Positions 26,203-39,882 of a stretch of 64,000 bases of DNA are shown here, piece by piece. The position numbers and the translations under genes were made by a program. The DNA is from Octopus vulgaris (taxonomy: Eukaryota), in assembly GCA_951406725.2 (NCBI GenBank), contig OX597820.1, positions 82,398,001 to 82,462,000 on the forward strand, given 5' to 3'. The number at the start of each line of letters is the position of its first letter. Within the stretch, counting starts at the first letter, position 1. Under the pieces are notes generated by a model, which made no database searches, was not told the DNA's origin, and was given only the letters and a program-made list of their open reading frames with translations.

Positions 26203-27220
26203 GTTATATTTTTCGGTTCTTTTTTTTTTTTTTACTTGTTGCAGCTATTAGAATGTGTCCATACTGGGGCACAACCTTGAGGAATTTTTAGCCGAATGTA
26301 TCGACCGCAGGAATCATTTTTAGGTGATTTTTCACCAGCACATGAAGTTAAGCCTAGAAGGTCTCTCCACATGCTGGAAATAACAGCCAAATCTTACATT
26401 TTTAAAAATAATTTTACGTAAACAAAAACGGAAATTGCGGTTGGAAAAAAAACCGTTTATTTTCCAAAATTCTAATTTTTAAGGAAACAAAATATATTCA
26501 ATCGAAAATAAATAAGTAGAATAACAGAACAAAAGACTCTTTACTACTCAATGTCCATATTGTCTGAATTCTAAGAACAGGGAAAGCATTTACTTCAAGA
26601 AATGTGTAGAAACATAAAAACGATAAAAAGGACGTTTGAATGACTAGCCTTCGGCGCCATAATTCTGTTAGACTTTCGACAATTGGAGAAAGTTCGAAAG
26701 GTCAGCTTATTCTCATTAATCTGTAAGTGCTGAGTGAAGAAAACAAAAGACTTTAAATGTACATTTTAAAATGCTGATTTTTCTGCAACTAAAAATTCTT
26801 CAAGGTTATGGTCCAGTATGGCCGCAGTCTAATAACTGTAACAAGTAAAAAAAAAAAAAAATTTCTGGCGTCGATACGTTTAACTAAAAATTCTTATATA
26901 TATATATATATATACATACACATAAGCATACATACGCATAAAAAGCACATACACACACATATATATATACATATAGATATATACACATAAATATAAAAGC
27001 ATGACCACAAGTGCATAAACAAACGCACACAGGCACATATACCTGCATACATACAGAGAAAACGTACATACACATATACCTAAGAGTATAATAAGAACTA
27101 ATAAAAAATGAAAAGTAGTTAATAAGACTATTTAAGGTTAATGAAAAATAATTTGGACATATGTTTACAAGAAAAAGTCTTTGAACTTATATATATATAC
27201 ACACATGAATATATACATAC

Positions 27221-27251
<31 letters not shown>

Positions 27252-27439
27252 CGCACACACACACACACACACATTTATATATATACTTATATACTTATAA
27301 ATCTATATATACACATCTATGCATATACATCTATATATATACATATATATATACATATATACGTACACATACACATATACAAATGTATACATGCATACAT
27401 ATATTTATACGTACATACATATATGTAAACACAGCGGTC

Positions 27440-27662
27440 ATTTCAAAATGTAACCACAAGTGAATCGTTGGCGATTCTTTCCTCCGCCTTCTTTTTCTCT
27501 TGGACTTTCCTCCATCTCCTGTTTCTGACGAAGAGCTTTGCTCTAAACGGAAAAACCACCTGTCTTGCCTTCCCTGAGCATCTGCTAATACTTTGCATGT
27601 ACCTCTTCCTCGCGTCGTCGTTTTTTCTTGTGTTATTGTTTTTTTTTATTGGATTTGCTTTA
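27440..27662 (+). mobile_element. Approx. 200-bp pLTR-like module with minimal hammerhead (copy 2)
   Basis: GTTT-CTGACGA-AGAGC-TTT-GCTC-TAAAC (GAAA mutated); ends in (TA)n. Confidence 0.62.
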
Positions 27663-27806
27663 TATATATATATAAGATTAATCAGCCGAAATTGCGAGGA
27701 TGATCCGGTTCTTGACTGAAGATTGAAGGCTTCGAATGTCCCGTCCGTGTTTTTAGTTTCGTCTCCTACATGTTTTACGTTCTTGTCCCAGTTTGTATTT
27801 TCTTAC

Positions 27807-27893
<87 letters not shown>

Positions 27894-28739
27894 AGCACAC
27901 GCACGCACATTACGCCCACACAACCTACCCCCAACACACTCATACACAAATTCACATACACACCGATACATATACATACACACAATATATGCCTACACGC
28001 GCACACACACATACACATACGTATACACATATAGGCACAGACACACACATACACATACGCACACATAAACATGCGCACACATACGCACGCACACACGCAC
28101 ACCAATGCACACACCCCAAACTCACAACCCCACGGATACACGCATATACATCCATATATGCTTACACACACACATACAAACGCACACGTACACGCACATA
28201 CGACACGCACGCACATACACACACACAAATGGACCCACACATACATCCCATACACACGGCACACAATTATACATACATGTATACACACATACGCACGTAC
28301 AAGCACATACGCACACATACACTAAGTAAAGCACAGTTATTCGCCACACACCCAGACTCTACGCATACACACACGAACACACACATACATACGCACACAC
28401 ACACATTACAAACAAAACACATACACGATACATATACATACTCGCACACACACATTCTTCAAAGTAACAGTACTGACCTGTGGCAGGGACAAAAAACACC
28501 ACTCCTTATTCTACTAGCCCTACTATTAGCCCAACTACTAGCCCTTTGTTTACAGCCACAACCACACACACATACACACACGCACACACACACGTGTCAT
28601 CATTGCACACATACACACACACACGCACAGGCAGACTTCCGCGCACGCACATATCCACATTTACACACACATTCCTCCTCAACCATTCTGCTGTCTTTGA
28701 AAACATCTTTCTTCACCCTTTTCCTTCTGGTCTTTCAAA

Positions 28740-28945
28740 ATGTTACCTCGTGTGTACCGTTGGCGATTTTTTTCCGCTGTCTTCCCTTCTCTGGATCTTT
28801 CCTTCTCCTATGTTTCCGACGAAGAGCTCCGCTCGAAACGTTAAACCCTCCTTCTTTCCTTCTTTCCTGATCGTCCAATAATACTATATTTGTTCCACGT
28901 CCTCGCGTTGTTGTGTTTTTGTGCTTTCTTGTTTGGATTAACTTT
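28740..28945 (+). mobile_element. Approx. 200-bp pLTR-like module with minimal hammerhead (copy 3)
   Basis: GTTT-CCGACGA-AGAGC-TCC-GCTC-GAAAC-GTT-AAAC; ends in (TA)n. Confidence 0.68.
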
Positions 28946-28991
28946 ATATATATATATATATATACATACATATACACATATACATCTATAC

Positions 28992-29034
<43 letters not shown>

Positions 29035-29169
29035 TATATACCTACATACATATGTGCAGATGTATATACACATATATACATAATATGTATATATATATAT
29101 ATATATATACACATGTACATCTATATCTATATATATATACATATATATATATATGTACACATACACACA

Positions 29170-29236
<67 letters not shown>

Positions 29237-29944
29237 TAACAAGCAGTCCGTTAAACGTGCCTGTCAAAAATAAGTTAGTGATCCAGTGATATGCGGGAAG
29301 TGTAAGATATACGAATATTGTATGAAGTTTGAGCTCCGACAGAAAGATCCTAGGTATGGCTAAGTAATCAAACCACATCTGTAAATTTATTATACAGATC
29401 TTTCTGACTTAAATTATTTAGTTACAGTCATCATGGCTAAAAGATAATGGAATCTGATCTTTCTCTTTAGATTTACCTTTAACAATATGGTCAATATTGG
29501 AATATATTTTGGATTTTCTGACGACTAGAATTACTAATATCTGAAGGCAACAACGTTGTTATTTCGTTTCTATATCGTTTTTCGATTAACTAATTTAACT
29601 GTTTTTTGTATAACCGCTAAGTCGCTTACATTAGGTTTTTTTTTTAGTAATTGATGTTTCTTTTCGTAAAAAAATTGTATCTTTAGCAATATATAATCGA
29701 AATTACTGAAAAAAATCGCAGAAAATCTAGAACAACAAAGAAAAGTATTGACGTCTTTAAAAAAAAAAGTTAGAAAATTGTCTATCTTGTTTAGAAGTCA
29801 ATGACGGTAAATTGTGATCGTCAAAGTTTCAGTAACTTCTACTGGAATATCAAAACAGACACTGAAAGAAATCAATGATGGCCGGAATCTGGCTAAAATC
29901 CCTAAATGTATTGGTAATTGAATGGTAGAAACCTACAATAGCCA

Positions 29945-30010
<66 letters not shown>

Positions 30011-30022
30011 GAAACATACAAT

Positions 30023-30069
<47 letters not shown>

Positions 30070-30155
30070 ATTGAAGTTCAGTTGAATTTGGTACTTAAGT
30101 TGATGCACCAAGTCAGTCCGGTATTATTCGCACAGCACGAAGTAGGGTGAATGAA

Positions 30156-31404
30156 ATCAAAATAAGCAACAGGGTATCAAGTAGTGATGCAGTGTGACCG
30201 TTTCAAGCGACTCAATTTAATTGAACAATGCAATCATTACATCAATTTAAATGCAGTGCCATCTTCAGTTGCACAAATGAATAAATAGAATTTTAACAAG
30301 TAGGACACATTAATATAATTTTTCTCAAATATTTTAAAATATGGAAGAAATTCATGTTGTCGTTATTGTAGCTAAGAATAGACTACACTTCCAACAATCG
30401 CATGGATCCTGGTGCGGTTTTAGTGCTGTAAGGGATTGTAATTCATTTCTAATTCATTTATCACTTTATCAACTACTAAATCTAAGACTAGAAGACTTTG
30501 TTTTGAAGAAAGGACAAGAGTGAGTTGACAGCTCATGGATAAGTAACTGTCTACTTATTTTGGAGCACTCTATATCATAACAATATTGTTTATAATCAAC
30601 TACCCATAGTGCTTCAAAATAAATTTTCCTCTATTAAAATCTTAGGTTTCTTAGCGTCTTACCCCTTTAACTCATATTTAACATCATGATTTAAAATTTA
30701 CACTTACCTCGCCTCTTTTTATACACAGTTATACACAGTTATACACAGTTATACACAGTTATACACCGTCACTTAGCGGTTCGGCAAAAGAGACCGATAG
30801 AATAAGTACTGGGCTTACAAAGAATAAGTCCCGGGGTTGATTTGCTCGACTAAAGGCGGTGCTCCAGCATGGCCGAAGTCAATGACTGAAACAAGTAAAA
30901 GAGTAAAAGAGAAAAGAGAGAGAGAGTTACTTATATCCAACTGACTACTCCTAATATCTTATTTCCTCTCCGAGGAAAAGGGATACATATGTTAATATTC
31001 ATGACCATACCTATCCATGAGCTGTCAACTCACTCGTGTCCTTTATTCAAAATAGACACAGTCTTCTAGTTTTAGATTTAGTAGTTGATAAAGAGATAAA
31101 TGAATTAGAAATGAATTACAATTCCTTACAGCACTATAACTCCACCAGGCTCCATGCGATTTGTGTAGTCTATTCTTAACTACAATAGCAACAACATGAA
31201 TTTCTTCCATCTTCTTGCTCTTTTAAAATATTTGAGAAATATTATATTAATGTCTCCTACTTGTTAAAATTCTATTTGTTTATTTGTGCAGCTGAAGATG
31301 GCACTAAATTTAAATTGATGTAATGATTGCATTGTTCAATCAAATGGAGTCACTTGAAACGGTCGCACTGCATCACTACTTGATATCCTGTTGCTCATTT
31401 TGAT
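30156..31404. repeat. Approx. 390-bp imperfect inverted repeat (arms about 30156-30545 and 31008-31404) with hammerhead-like motif
   Basis: Arms are reverse complements with scattered mismatches and indels; CTGAAGA(31292)..GAAACGGTC(31356-31364) in the right arm; spacer holds (TTATACACAG)n and a SINE 3' fragment. Confidence 0.9.
30766..30925 (+). mobile_element. CORE-like SINE 3' fragment
   Basis: CTTAGCGGTTCGGCAAAAGAGACCGATAG..CCAGCATGGCC..GAAACAAGTAAAAGAG. Confidence 0.85.
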
Positions 31405-31450
31405 ATATATGCATATATGTAAATATGTATATGTATGTATGTGTTTGCAT

Positions 31451-31690
31451 CATTATTCAGTTTTATTTCACGATTTCTTGCCAATAGAGTAAGAGGCGAT
31501 TTCTAACCTAGATCTAAGGCTCCTTCATTGGAATTTCAGCATCAGCAGGATCATTTTTGTATGTATGTATATTTGTATGTGTACGCACAGATCTGTATGT
31601 ATTCTTTTATCTGTGTATTTTCATGCATATAATTGCATATCAAGACATGCTCGTATATACTTAAATGATAAACTTCTGGGAAGTTTTACA
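31451..31690 (-). mobile_element. Truncated R4/Dong-like LINE 3' end in (TACA)n
   Basis: Homologous to 55787-56200, including the last codons KTSQKFII-stop. Confidence 0.75.
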
Positions 31691-33379
31691 TGTGTGTATG
31701 TATGTATGTATGTATGTATGTATGTATGTATGTATGTATGTATGCATGCATGCATCTCTCTCTCTATCTATCTTTCAAAGTACTTTATATATTTCATACA
31801 CTTTATATACTTTATATTCATACCATTTATATACTACTTATACTTTAAACACTGTATACACACTCTGCACGTTCCGTAATTGATATACATCATAACTTTA
31901 TATACCTGATACATTCTATTGCCACCAGGCGAATATATAGCTGTCAGAAGTGGAATGAGTGTATGACGTTGCAACATAATGTAACAGTTACAGTGTGTTG
32001 TTATTCCTAGTGGCAAAAAAAACACTAATCAAACAGCTATGATCAAAAAGAATCAATCATGCAGTAAGAATTATAAGAAATGTATAAAGTGCATGCTTAT
32101 AAAGAATATCTGATCGTCTGATAACGGGACCTAGTTTTCAAAATAAAGTTAAATATATGCTTATTAAAAATATGATCAAACTTTTGTTACACTTCTTATA
32201 TTATTTACAGTGAAAATGTATGGGTTTCGCGTTACATCTCTTCGATATCAAAAAGCAGTAACAAGAGACCACGAGTAAGGACAGCGCAAAGTCTTACTTT
32301 CCATTGCTGTCATTACTATTTACTCTAATATTATATATATATTAATTTAGATTTTTCCTTTTTTGGACACAGTTACACAGACAGACACAGACAAAACACA
32401 AAGACAAGCACAGACAGACATATGTATTTAAAAATACCTATGTATTGAGTACTTCATATGTTGAGTATTTTTCTTATGTTATTATGCAGACGCATATAAA
32501 ATTTTTTATGTATCTTGTGTACAGTAGCACGAGTTTCATTAGAGCACACAACACTAAAAACGGTGTAAAATACACGAGGGAATAGATAAAAGCTAACTGT
32601 ACATCGAGACTGACTTTCTTGGCGTAAAATCCGTTATTTTCAAGAACGTCCATCGGAATCGCAGTTTTATTCAATCAGAAAGAGGCAGTTAGTTGATGTT
32701 AATAGCTAGTGCTGGGAATAACATCGTGACGTACATAGTGTTACGTAGTACTTAATCGTTTGATGGAAATACATACATAATATACAAACGTGATTATATC
32801 GAGATATGTAGTCTATTCTCTACTTATGACTCCACATATTCATTTTTACAGACCTATGCCAACATGTATATACATAGCTATGCTAACACTGCGACAATTC
32901 ACAAAAGACTTAAACGCAGACCATATAGAAATGAGTGTTTATTTCAAAGTTCTACATAAATAAATAAAGAGGAACAGATGAACGAGTAAAAGTGCTTGCG
33001 ACGGACTGTATTTTCGCCTCCAAGAAACTCACTGTAATTGAACAATTAGCCATTACACATTCTCTCTCTCTTTCCTTCTCTCTCCGTACACACACACACA
33101 CACACACAGAGGCATAGTTTTTCCACCCACTATCCTGTAATGCACTTGGATAAATTATCAGTGATGTTTTCGGGGGTCGTTAGGTGTTTCACCCAGTGTT
33201 TACTCAATCGGGGATTGTTGAAGTCATAGTTTGCATGCAGTTAGCACTGCTCTAGCTAGCACCCTATGTATATATACATCTCTCTCTCTCTATCTATTTA
33301 TCTCTTTCTTTTTGTATATATATGCACATGCACACAGACACACACGCTCACACACATACACACACACAAACATGTATAT

Positions 33380-33432
<53 letters not shown>

Positions 33433-33558
33433 CATATTCACATGTATGTAGCCAGTATGCGCATATGTTCCTCCAAGAAACACAGTGTCTGTCAATGAAC
33501 AATTAGTTAATACAAATATCTGTTCTTTTGTCTCCCTGTTACACACACATACACACAT

Positions 33559-33626
<68 letters not shown>

Positions 33627-34876
33627 ACTTTGATAGGTTTCGACCAGTATAGACCCAGGCCATGTCTAACTTAATAGCACCGCCTAGTAAAAATATATAT
33701 ATTTCAATGAAAATTAAGGATTAAATCTATATAAGATTTCATCAATTAGCCTGCGTGTAATACGAAGTACATAATTTGTTCATAATCAAGTTTGTTCATC
33801 TCAGCCACGTGCGAATAACCAAAATAGTTCAGTACTGAATAAAGACTGGTTTAATTTCATACATTTTAAATTAAGGATAAAATCTATATAAGCTCTTATA
33901 TATAATTATAGTAAGGGCAATTACGAGAGTTAATGCCACACGCTGGAAGAAGACGCCAAATGGCTCTAAACTACTTTATCACATATTCACACGCACTGAC
34001 AGCATGGGAATGAACAAAAAGATCTTTTGAATAAGTTTAGTCATATATCGAATGATTTCAAGTGAAGTAATACACTTTCCTATCATCAGCATGACAATAC
34101 CACAAATACGTAAATATAAACACCTATACATAACATATGAATACAACGTATCCATAGAGCATATACAAATGTTCACACTCATATACAAGTGAAAAATCTA
34201 GTTTGTTCATCTCAGTCTCGTAATTCAGCAATGAATAAATTCTGGTTTAATATTTATCAATTAGAATTAAGGATAAAATCTTTATAAGCTTTTATCAAAT
34301 AGCCAGGTGCAAAACCAATTAAGGTACAAATTATGTTTCTTAATTCGACAGGCAGAAATTAAATAAGAAATTTTAATGGAAAAGAAAGTATTGTACGGGT
34401 TGAAGCGAAATGTGTCACTCAATGAACCAAAGAGTCAGTATCGAAGGAGCCAGAAAGAAACCGTCGACAGCTGAAAAACACGAAACCGTACGGAGTGAAG
34501 TGAAATTAATGAAGATACTTCTGTCAGTAAATTATGAAATTACTTACATCAGTAATTGTGAACTTCTTTCTGTCGGTAATTTATTGTTTGTTTGTAAATA
34601 ACGATTCAAAACTTAAACTTAAAGTGAAAAAATTAACATAGAAGTGAAACAATGGCGTATGAAACTTGAAATTAAAAAGAAAAGTGTCTGAAAAATAAAA
34701 GTGAAAACAAGAGATATAAATAGGGAGATATGTTACAGAGAGATAGAGAATGATAGAGAGATGGATATATATATAAATATTATATGTCCGAGGTCAAATT
34801 ATTCATACATCAGAAGAATGGAAGTAATTGCTGAAGCCGTTTTTGCATTAAAAGTGAATACGCACACATCTCTATT

Positions 34877-34969
<93 letters not shown>

Positions 34970-34974
34970 ATCGC

Positions 34975-35018
34975 AACTGTCCGACGAACGGAAACTGGAA
35001 ACTCTGAGTAACACTTTG
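34975..35018 (+). ncRNA. Minimal hammerhead-like motif (U4C core)
   Basis: TGT-CCGACGA-ACGG AAA CTG-GAAA-CTCTGAG-TA-ACA, directly after (TA)n. Confidence 0.5.
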
Positions 35019-35470
35019 TTACTGCTTAAATAATACACATACACACATATATATATGAGTGTGTATATATATATACTTCTTCTTCATCATCATCGTTATC
35101 ATCATCATCGTCGTCATCGTCATCACCACCATCATCATCGTCATCTTCTCCTTCTCCTTCTTCTTCTTCATCGTCATCATCATCGGCACCGTCATCTTCT
35201 TCTTCTTCTTCTACTTCTCCACCTTCTACCCCCACTAATGTCTTTAAGTATAACGCCTACGCAGCGACTGCCGGTCGCCACTGCCCAGCCCAGATTTTCC
35301 CACTCCCACCCCCTCAAGAACTCACAACGACCTCGAATACACAAGTGCAAACAAGGGAGTCAGAGAAAGGCAGAATGCCACATATATCTGAACACTACTA
35401 TGGAAGTATTCCTTTAAAAAAACCTTTCTTCTAATTTTTCAAAATTTTTCAAAATTTAATTATTTAATCG

Positions 35471-35514
35471 TTACAGTTGAAAAGGTCTCAAAATGACCGA
35501 AACCGGTACTGAAA
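35471..35514 (+). ncRNA. Minimal hammerhead with U3:A8 variant core
   Basis: TTACAG-TTGAAAA-GGTC TCAAAAT GACC-GAAACCGGTA-CTGAAA; palindromic ACCGGT stem III; module ends in (TA)n. Confidence 0.68.
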
Positions 35515-35560
35515 GATTCACTATAAAATCATCTTAGCATTTTCTACTTTTGACTTGTTT

Positions 35561-35621
<61 letters not shown>

Positions 35622-36391
35622 CTATCTTTCCATATAATTAATTAGCTATATAATATTGCTATCATTTATTGTAACCGAGTTTAAATATATCGCACATATG
35701 TACATATGAAAAACGGATATTGCTTAATATAGCTACAATAGTTCTCACATAAAACACTGGTAAAATAGATCACATATAGCAAGGAGAAAATAGTTCTCAC
35801 ATATAACTTAGGTGAAAAAAGTCCACACATAACATATAACGCAGATGGAAAAATATGTTGAACGAAGGTATAATTGTGTTCACATATAATACATTTGAAA
35901 TAAATATCATATAATATAGATACAACAGTGCTCATATGAAATGCGCCTAGGAAATTAATGACACAAACTAAGTCAATACTGTAACTACATTGTAATTAAT
36001 CATTAACCTTTATTAGGCTTCAAGTTTTGCTGAGTATTTTTCATTCAAGATGTATACAACATTAGAGCAAAGATTGTTTCTAAATTAGATCTTGTTTTTT
36101 AAAATCGTAATATCAATACTAAATGCAGGCAAGTGGATGACTAATTACTTCTGTGATGTTGAAAACATGAGTCTATAGTTGTACATGACAGTGCTTTGAG
36201 GGTTTTGAGAAGAACGACGCATATAATTTTCCCAACGGTAAGAACCGACTTACCGTTTATAGACTATGTCCACAGATTGACGACAAAACAATAATAAGAA
36301 AATTCAATCAAGAAGCATAGACATTTATTTATTATTTACTGTGTGGTAGATAAATTCGTAGTCTGACTCGATGTTGTTGTAGCTGCTTCTG

Positions 36392-36463
<72 letters not shown>

Positions 36464-36469
36464 TATAGC

Positions 36470-39381
36470 GAGTGAAGATGAAATGGTCACAGAGAATGTT
36501 GACAAGGTTGTAATGAATGAAAGTGTTCAAGAAAATGATACTGGTTTAAGTTTTGAGAATGTAGAAGGACTGAGCGATGAAGACAGAGGAATGATCGAAG
36601 ACATGACTGGTACCATTGAAAGAAGTTTGGATATGGAAAAATGGATTCAAGAAAGTGGATAGAATTTTGTTCAGTGGGTGACTAGGAAGGTGGATAAAGT
36701 ACGGAAAGAAATTAAGACGGATAATATAACTGGAGCGTATACATTGATTAAAGCGTAAAAGAAGAAATGTAGTAAAAGAGCCTAGAGGTAAAGAAAGATA
36801 AAGCTATCAATGAATGAACTATTAAAATATATCAACACCTTAGAAAGAAAGAAACAAGGAGAAATCGGGAAGAAGGAGAAAGATCAGGAATTAGAACGTC
36901 GAGATAGGATCAAGAAAAAGGAGATTAAATATCGTTGTTGAAGAGTTAAAACAAAGGCTGCAGGTTAAAGCTACAAAAATTAAGAAACATGATCAAAGAA
37001 TTGAACAATATAAGACCAGCAGACTGTTCAACACAATCAGAAATGTGTTTATTAGAAGCTGAACAGAAAAGTCAACAACAGTGAGAAACTGGACGCTGGA
37101 TAAAGTTAGAGGAATAACATCTAATAACATTTTGGAATAACATCTGAGATAATGCAAAGAATCACAAGAAAGATGTTGAATATTTGAGGGAATTAAGACT
37201 GGAGAAAAATGAAGTGAAACAGAACAATATAAGAATAACGACCGAAGTGGTAACTTATCATACAACAAAGGTTACAAACTAGAAATGTCCAGGCTCGGAT
37301 AGGGTACAAGGGTACTGGCTGAAAATTTCCTTGCACTACACAAACGAATAGCAGCGCAAATGGATGAAATGGTCAGCAACGGGTTGGAAATCCCAGAATG
37401 GATAACCAAAGAGAAAACAGTTCTTTGCCAAAAGGACCCCTGTAAAAGCAATGCAGTTGTTGATAATTACCGGTCGATCTCGTGCCTGCTCTTGATGTGG
37501 AACTTAATGACAGGAATAATATCTAATTGTGTGTATGGCTTCATTGAAATGAACAACAAGCTGTCAGTAGAACAGAAAGGATGCAGAAGGAAAAACCTGA
37601 GGACAAAAGACCAATTTCTGATTGACAGAATGGTGCTGAGGTGCTGAAGGTCTGTAAGAAAAGGCATACTAATCTTGGTATGGCCTGGATTTTAGAAAGT
37701 CTTGAGTTGGTATAGGTGTCTGATAACATTAAAAATTTTATGTAGAGATCAATGAAGAACTGGAACGCAGAGTTAATATCACGTGGAGAACTTTTAGTGA
37801 AGATTAATGCCAGGAGAGGCATATTTCAGGGAGGTAGTCTGTCGCCATTGCTGTTTGTGACTTGTATGATACTTCTCACAAAAATATTACAGAAAGTGAT
37901 ATCGCGGTGCTCCTTGAAAAGTGGAGAAAGTTGAATCACCTGTTAAATATGGAAGATTTAAAGATCTTAGTTAAGAGTGAACATGAAATAAATGGTCTGA
38001 TTTTAACAGTGCAGATATTCAGTAAAGATGGAATTTTGGATTAAAAAGTGTGGTATGTTTATCATAAAAAAGAGGGAAAGCAGTATCATCTCATGATGTT
38101 GGACTATGCAATGGCGAGAGCATCAAGGATGTTGAGGTATCTGAGCATTTTGGAGTATGACAAAACAAGGAAAATTTTAAGCGAGAATGCTTCAAAAAAC
38201 CAAATTAAATATGGAGAGTAGACTCAATGGAAAGAACAAGATCAGAACAATGGATACATGCAGTCTTCTTAATACTATTTGGCGCAGGTGAAAAACCAGG
38301 AAAATGATGACAATGAACAAAAAACTGCACTCTAAAAACAATACAGATAGATTATATGTGCTTAGAAACAAAGGAAGGAAGAGGTCTCATAGGATGAAAA
38401 TCTGCGTCGTCAATGAAAAAAAAAAACAGTATGAGATTGAACGGTCGGCTGTCGCTGTATATATCACACGATACCAAGTGAAAATGTGATACACCCAAAA
38501 ATATTTAAGAAACAAGATGGAGAACAAAGATCGAACAATGGAAAATAAAAACAATGTATGGGTAATACCTCACAGAAAGCGAAAGACAAGACCAACAACT
38601 GGAGGTGGCTAAGGAAAAGTGACCTGAAAGGATGCACTGAGGCACAGGAAAAAGCTCTGAGAACTGATTATACCAAGTTCCGAATAGATGAGATCAGTGA
38701 ATCGCTCCTTTGTTGGATGTATGGCATCAAAAATGAAACAGTTTCATTTTGGACGAATGGCATAAAAAATGAAACAGTTTAACATATGAGTGAGTGTAGC
38801 AGATTGGCCCCAAAAGAATACCAAGGGAGGCATAAAAGTGTAGTTAATTATTGTCATTGGAGATTATGTGAGAAGTACAGCCTTGAAACTCTATTGAAAT
38901 GATACGAGCATAAAAAAAGAAGGCGTCACCGAGAATAACGAGTATAGTGTCTTGTGGGATTTTACTAGCGAGTGTGATTCAGTGATAGAAGATCGAAAAC
39001 CAGACATTGTTGTAGTCTATAAAATGATGAAGGGAATCAAGATCATAGATATTCCCATACCCAGGGATGTTCGAATGGGTGACAAAGAACTGGAAAAGAT
39101 TGAGAAGTGCAAGCCATTAAAAAATGAAATTGCACGAATATGGGAAATGAAGAACGTAACTGTCATCCCATTAATGGGAGCATAAACAACTACTTTTGAG
39201 AAATTGGGATAGACATAAGGGTAGAACGCACACAGAAAACTGGTCTATTGAGACAGCGAGGATTTTTGAGATTGGAACTTGGGTTAAGAGACTTTTTGGA
39301 ATCCTTGATAACAGGTTGTTTTTCGGTCTTAAAGAATTAACTGAAGCAAGTGAAATCGTGAGCTCTGAGAAGCGAAATGGA
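36470..39381 (+). mobile_element. Decayed R4/Dong-clade LINE (RT and restriction-like endonuclease)
   Basis: PEWIT..TVLCQKD, NYRSISCL, EQKGCR, RGIFQGGSLSPLLF, LNHLLNMEDLK, AQEKALRT, LWDF..D..IEDRKPDIV..IDI..EKIEK; ends directly in (AAT)n. Confidence 0.9.
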
Positions 39382-39453
<72 letters not shown>

Positions 39454-39520
39454 GATGAAAAATAAGGGAAAGTGGATATATAATGTTTCAGTATAGAGAT
39501 ATATTACACATATGTGTGTG

Positions 39521-39554
<34 letters not shown>

Positions 39555-39766
39555 TGTATGTATGTGTTTGTGTATGTATGTGTGTAAACATGCACACAGT
39601 TATATATTAGCATATACATACACATATTTAGGCGTAGATACATACAATTTACACAATCGTATGTACACACTCAATGTATATACATTTATATGTGTATGTA
39701 CGTGTGTATGTGGGTGGGTGTATGTATATATATCTATATATACGTATATGTGTATATATATATGTA

Positions 39767-39808
<42 letters not shown>

Positions 39809-39851
39809 GTATATATATATATGTATGTACGTGTATGCATGTGTGTGTGTA

Positions 39852-39882
<31 letters not shown>

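Noticed and set aside
27675-27730. GAAA..CTGAAGA as a permuted hammerhead
   Set aside because: No room for stem I and stems do not pair convincingly.
27770-28870. Longest ORF (366 aa, His/Thr-rich)
   Set aside because: Translation of degenerate (CA)n/(TA)n tracts; no domain or credible gene structure.
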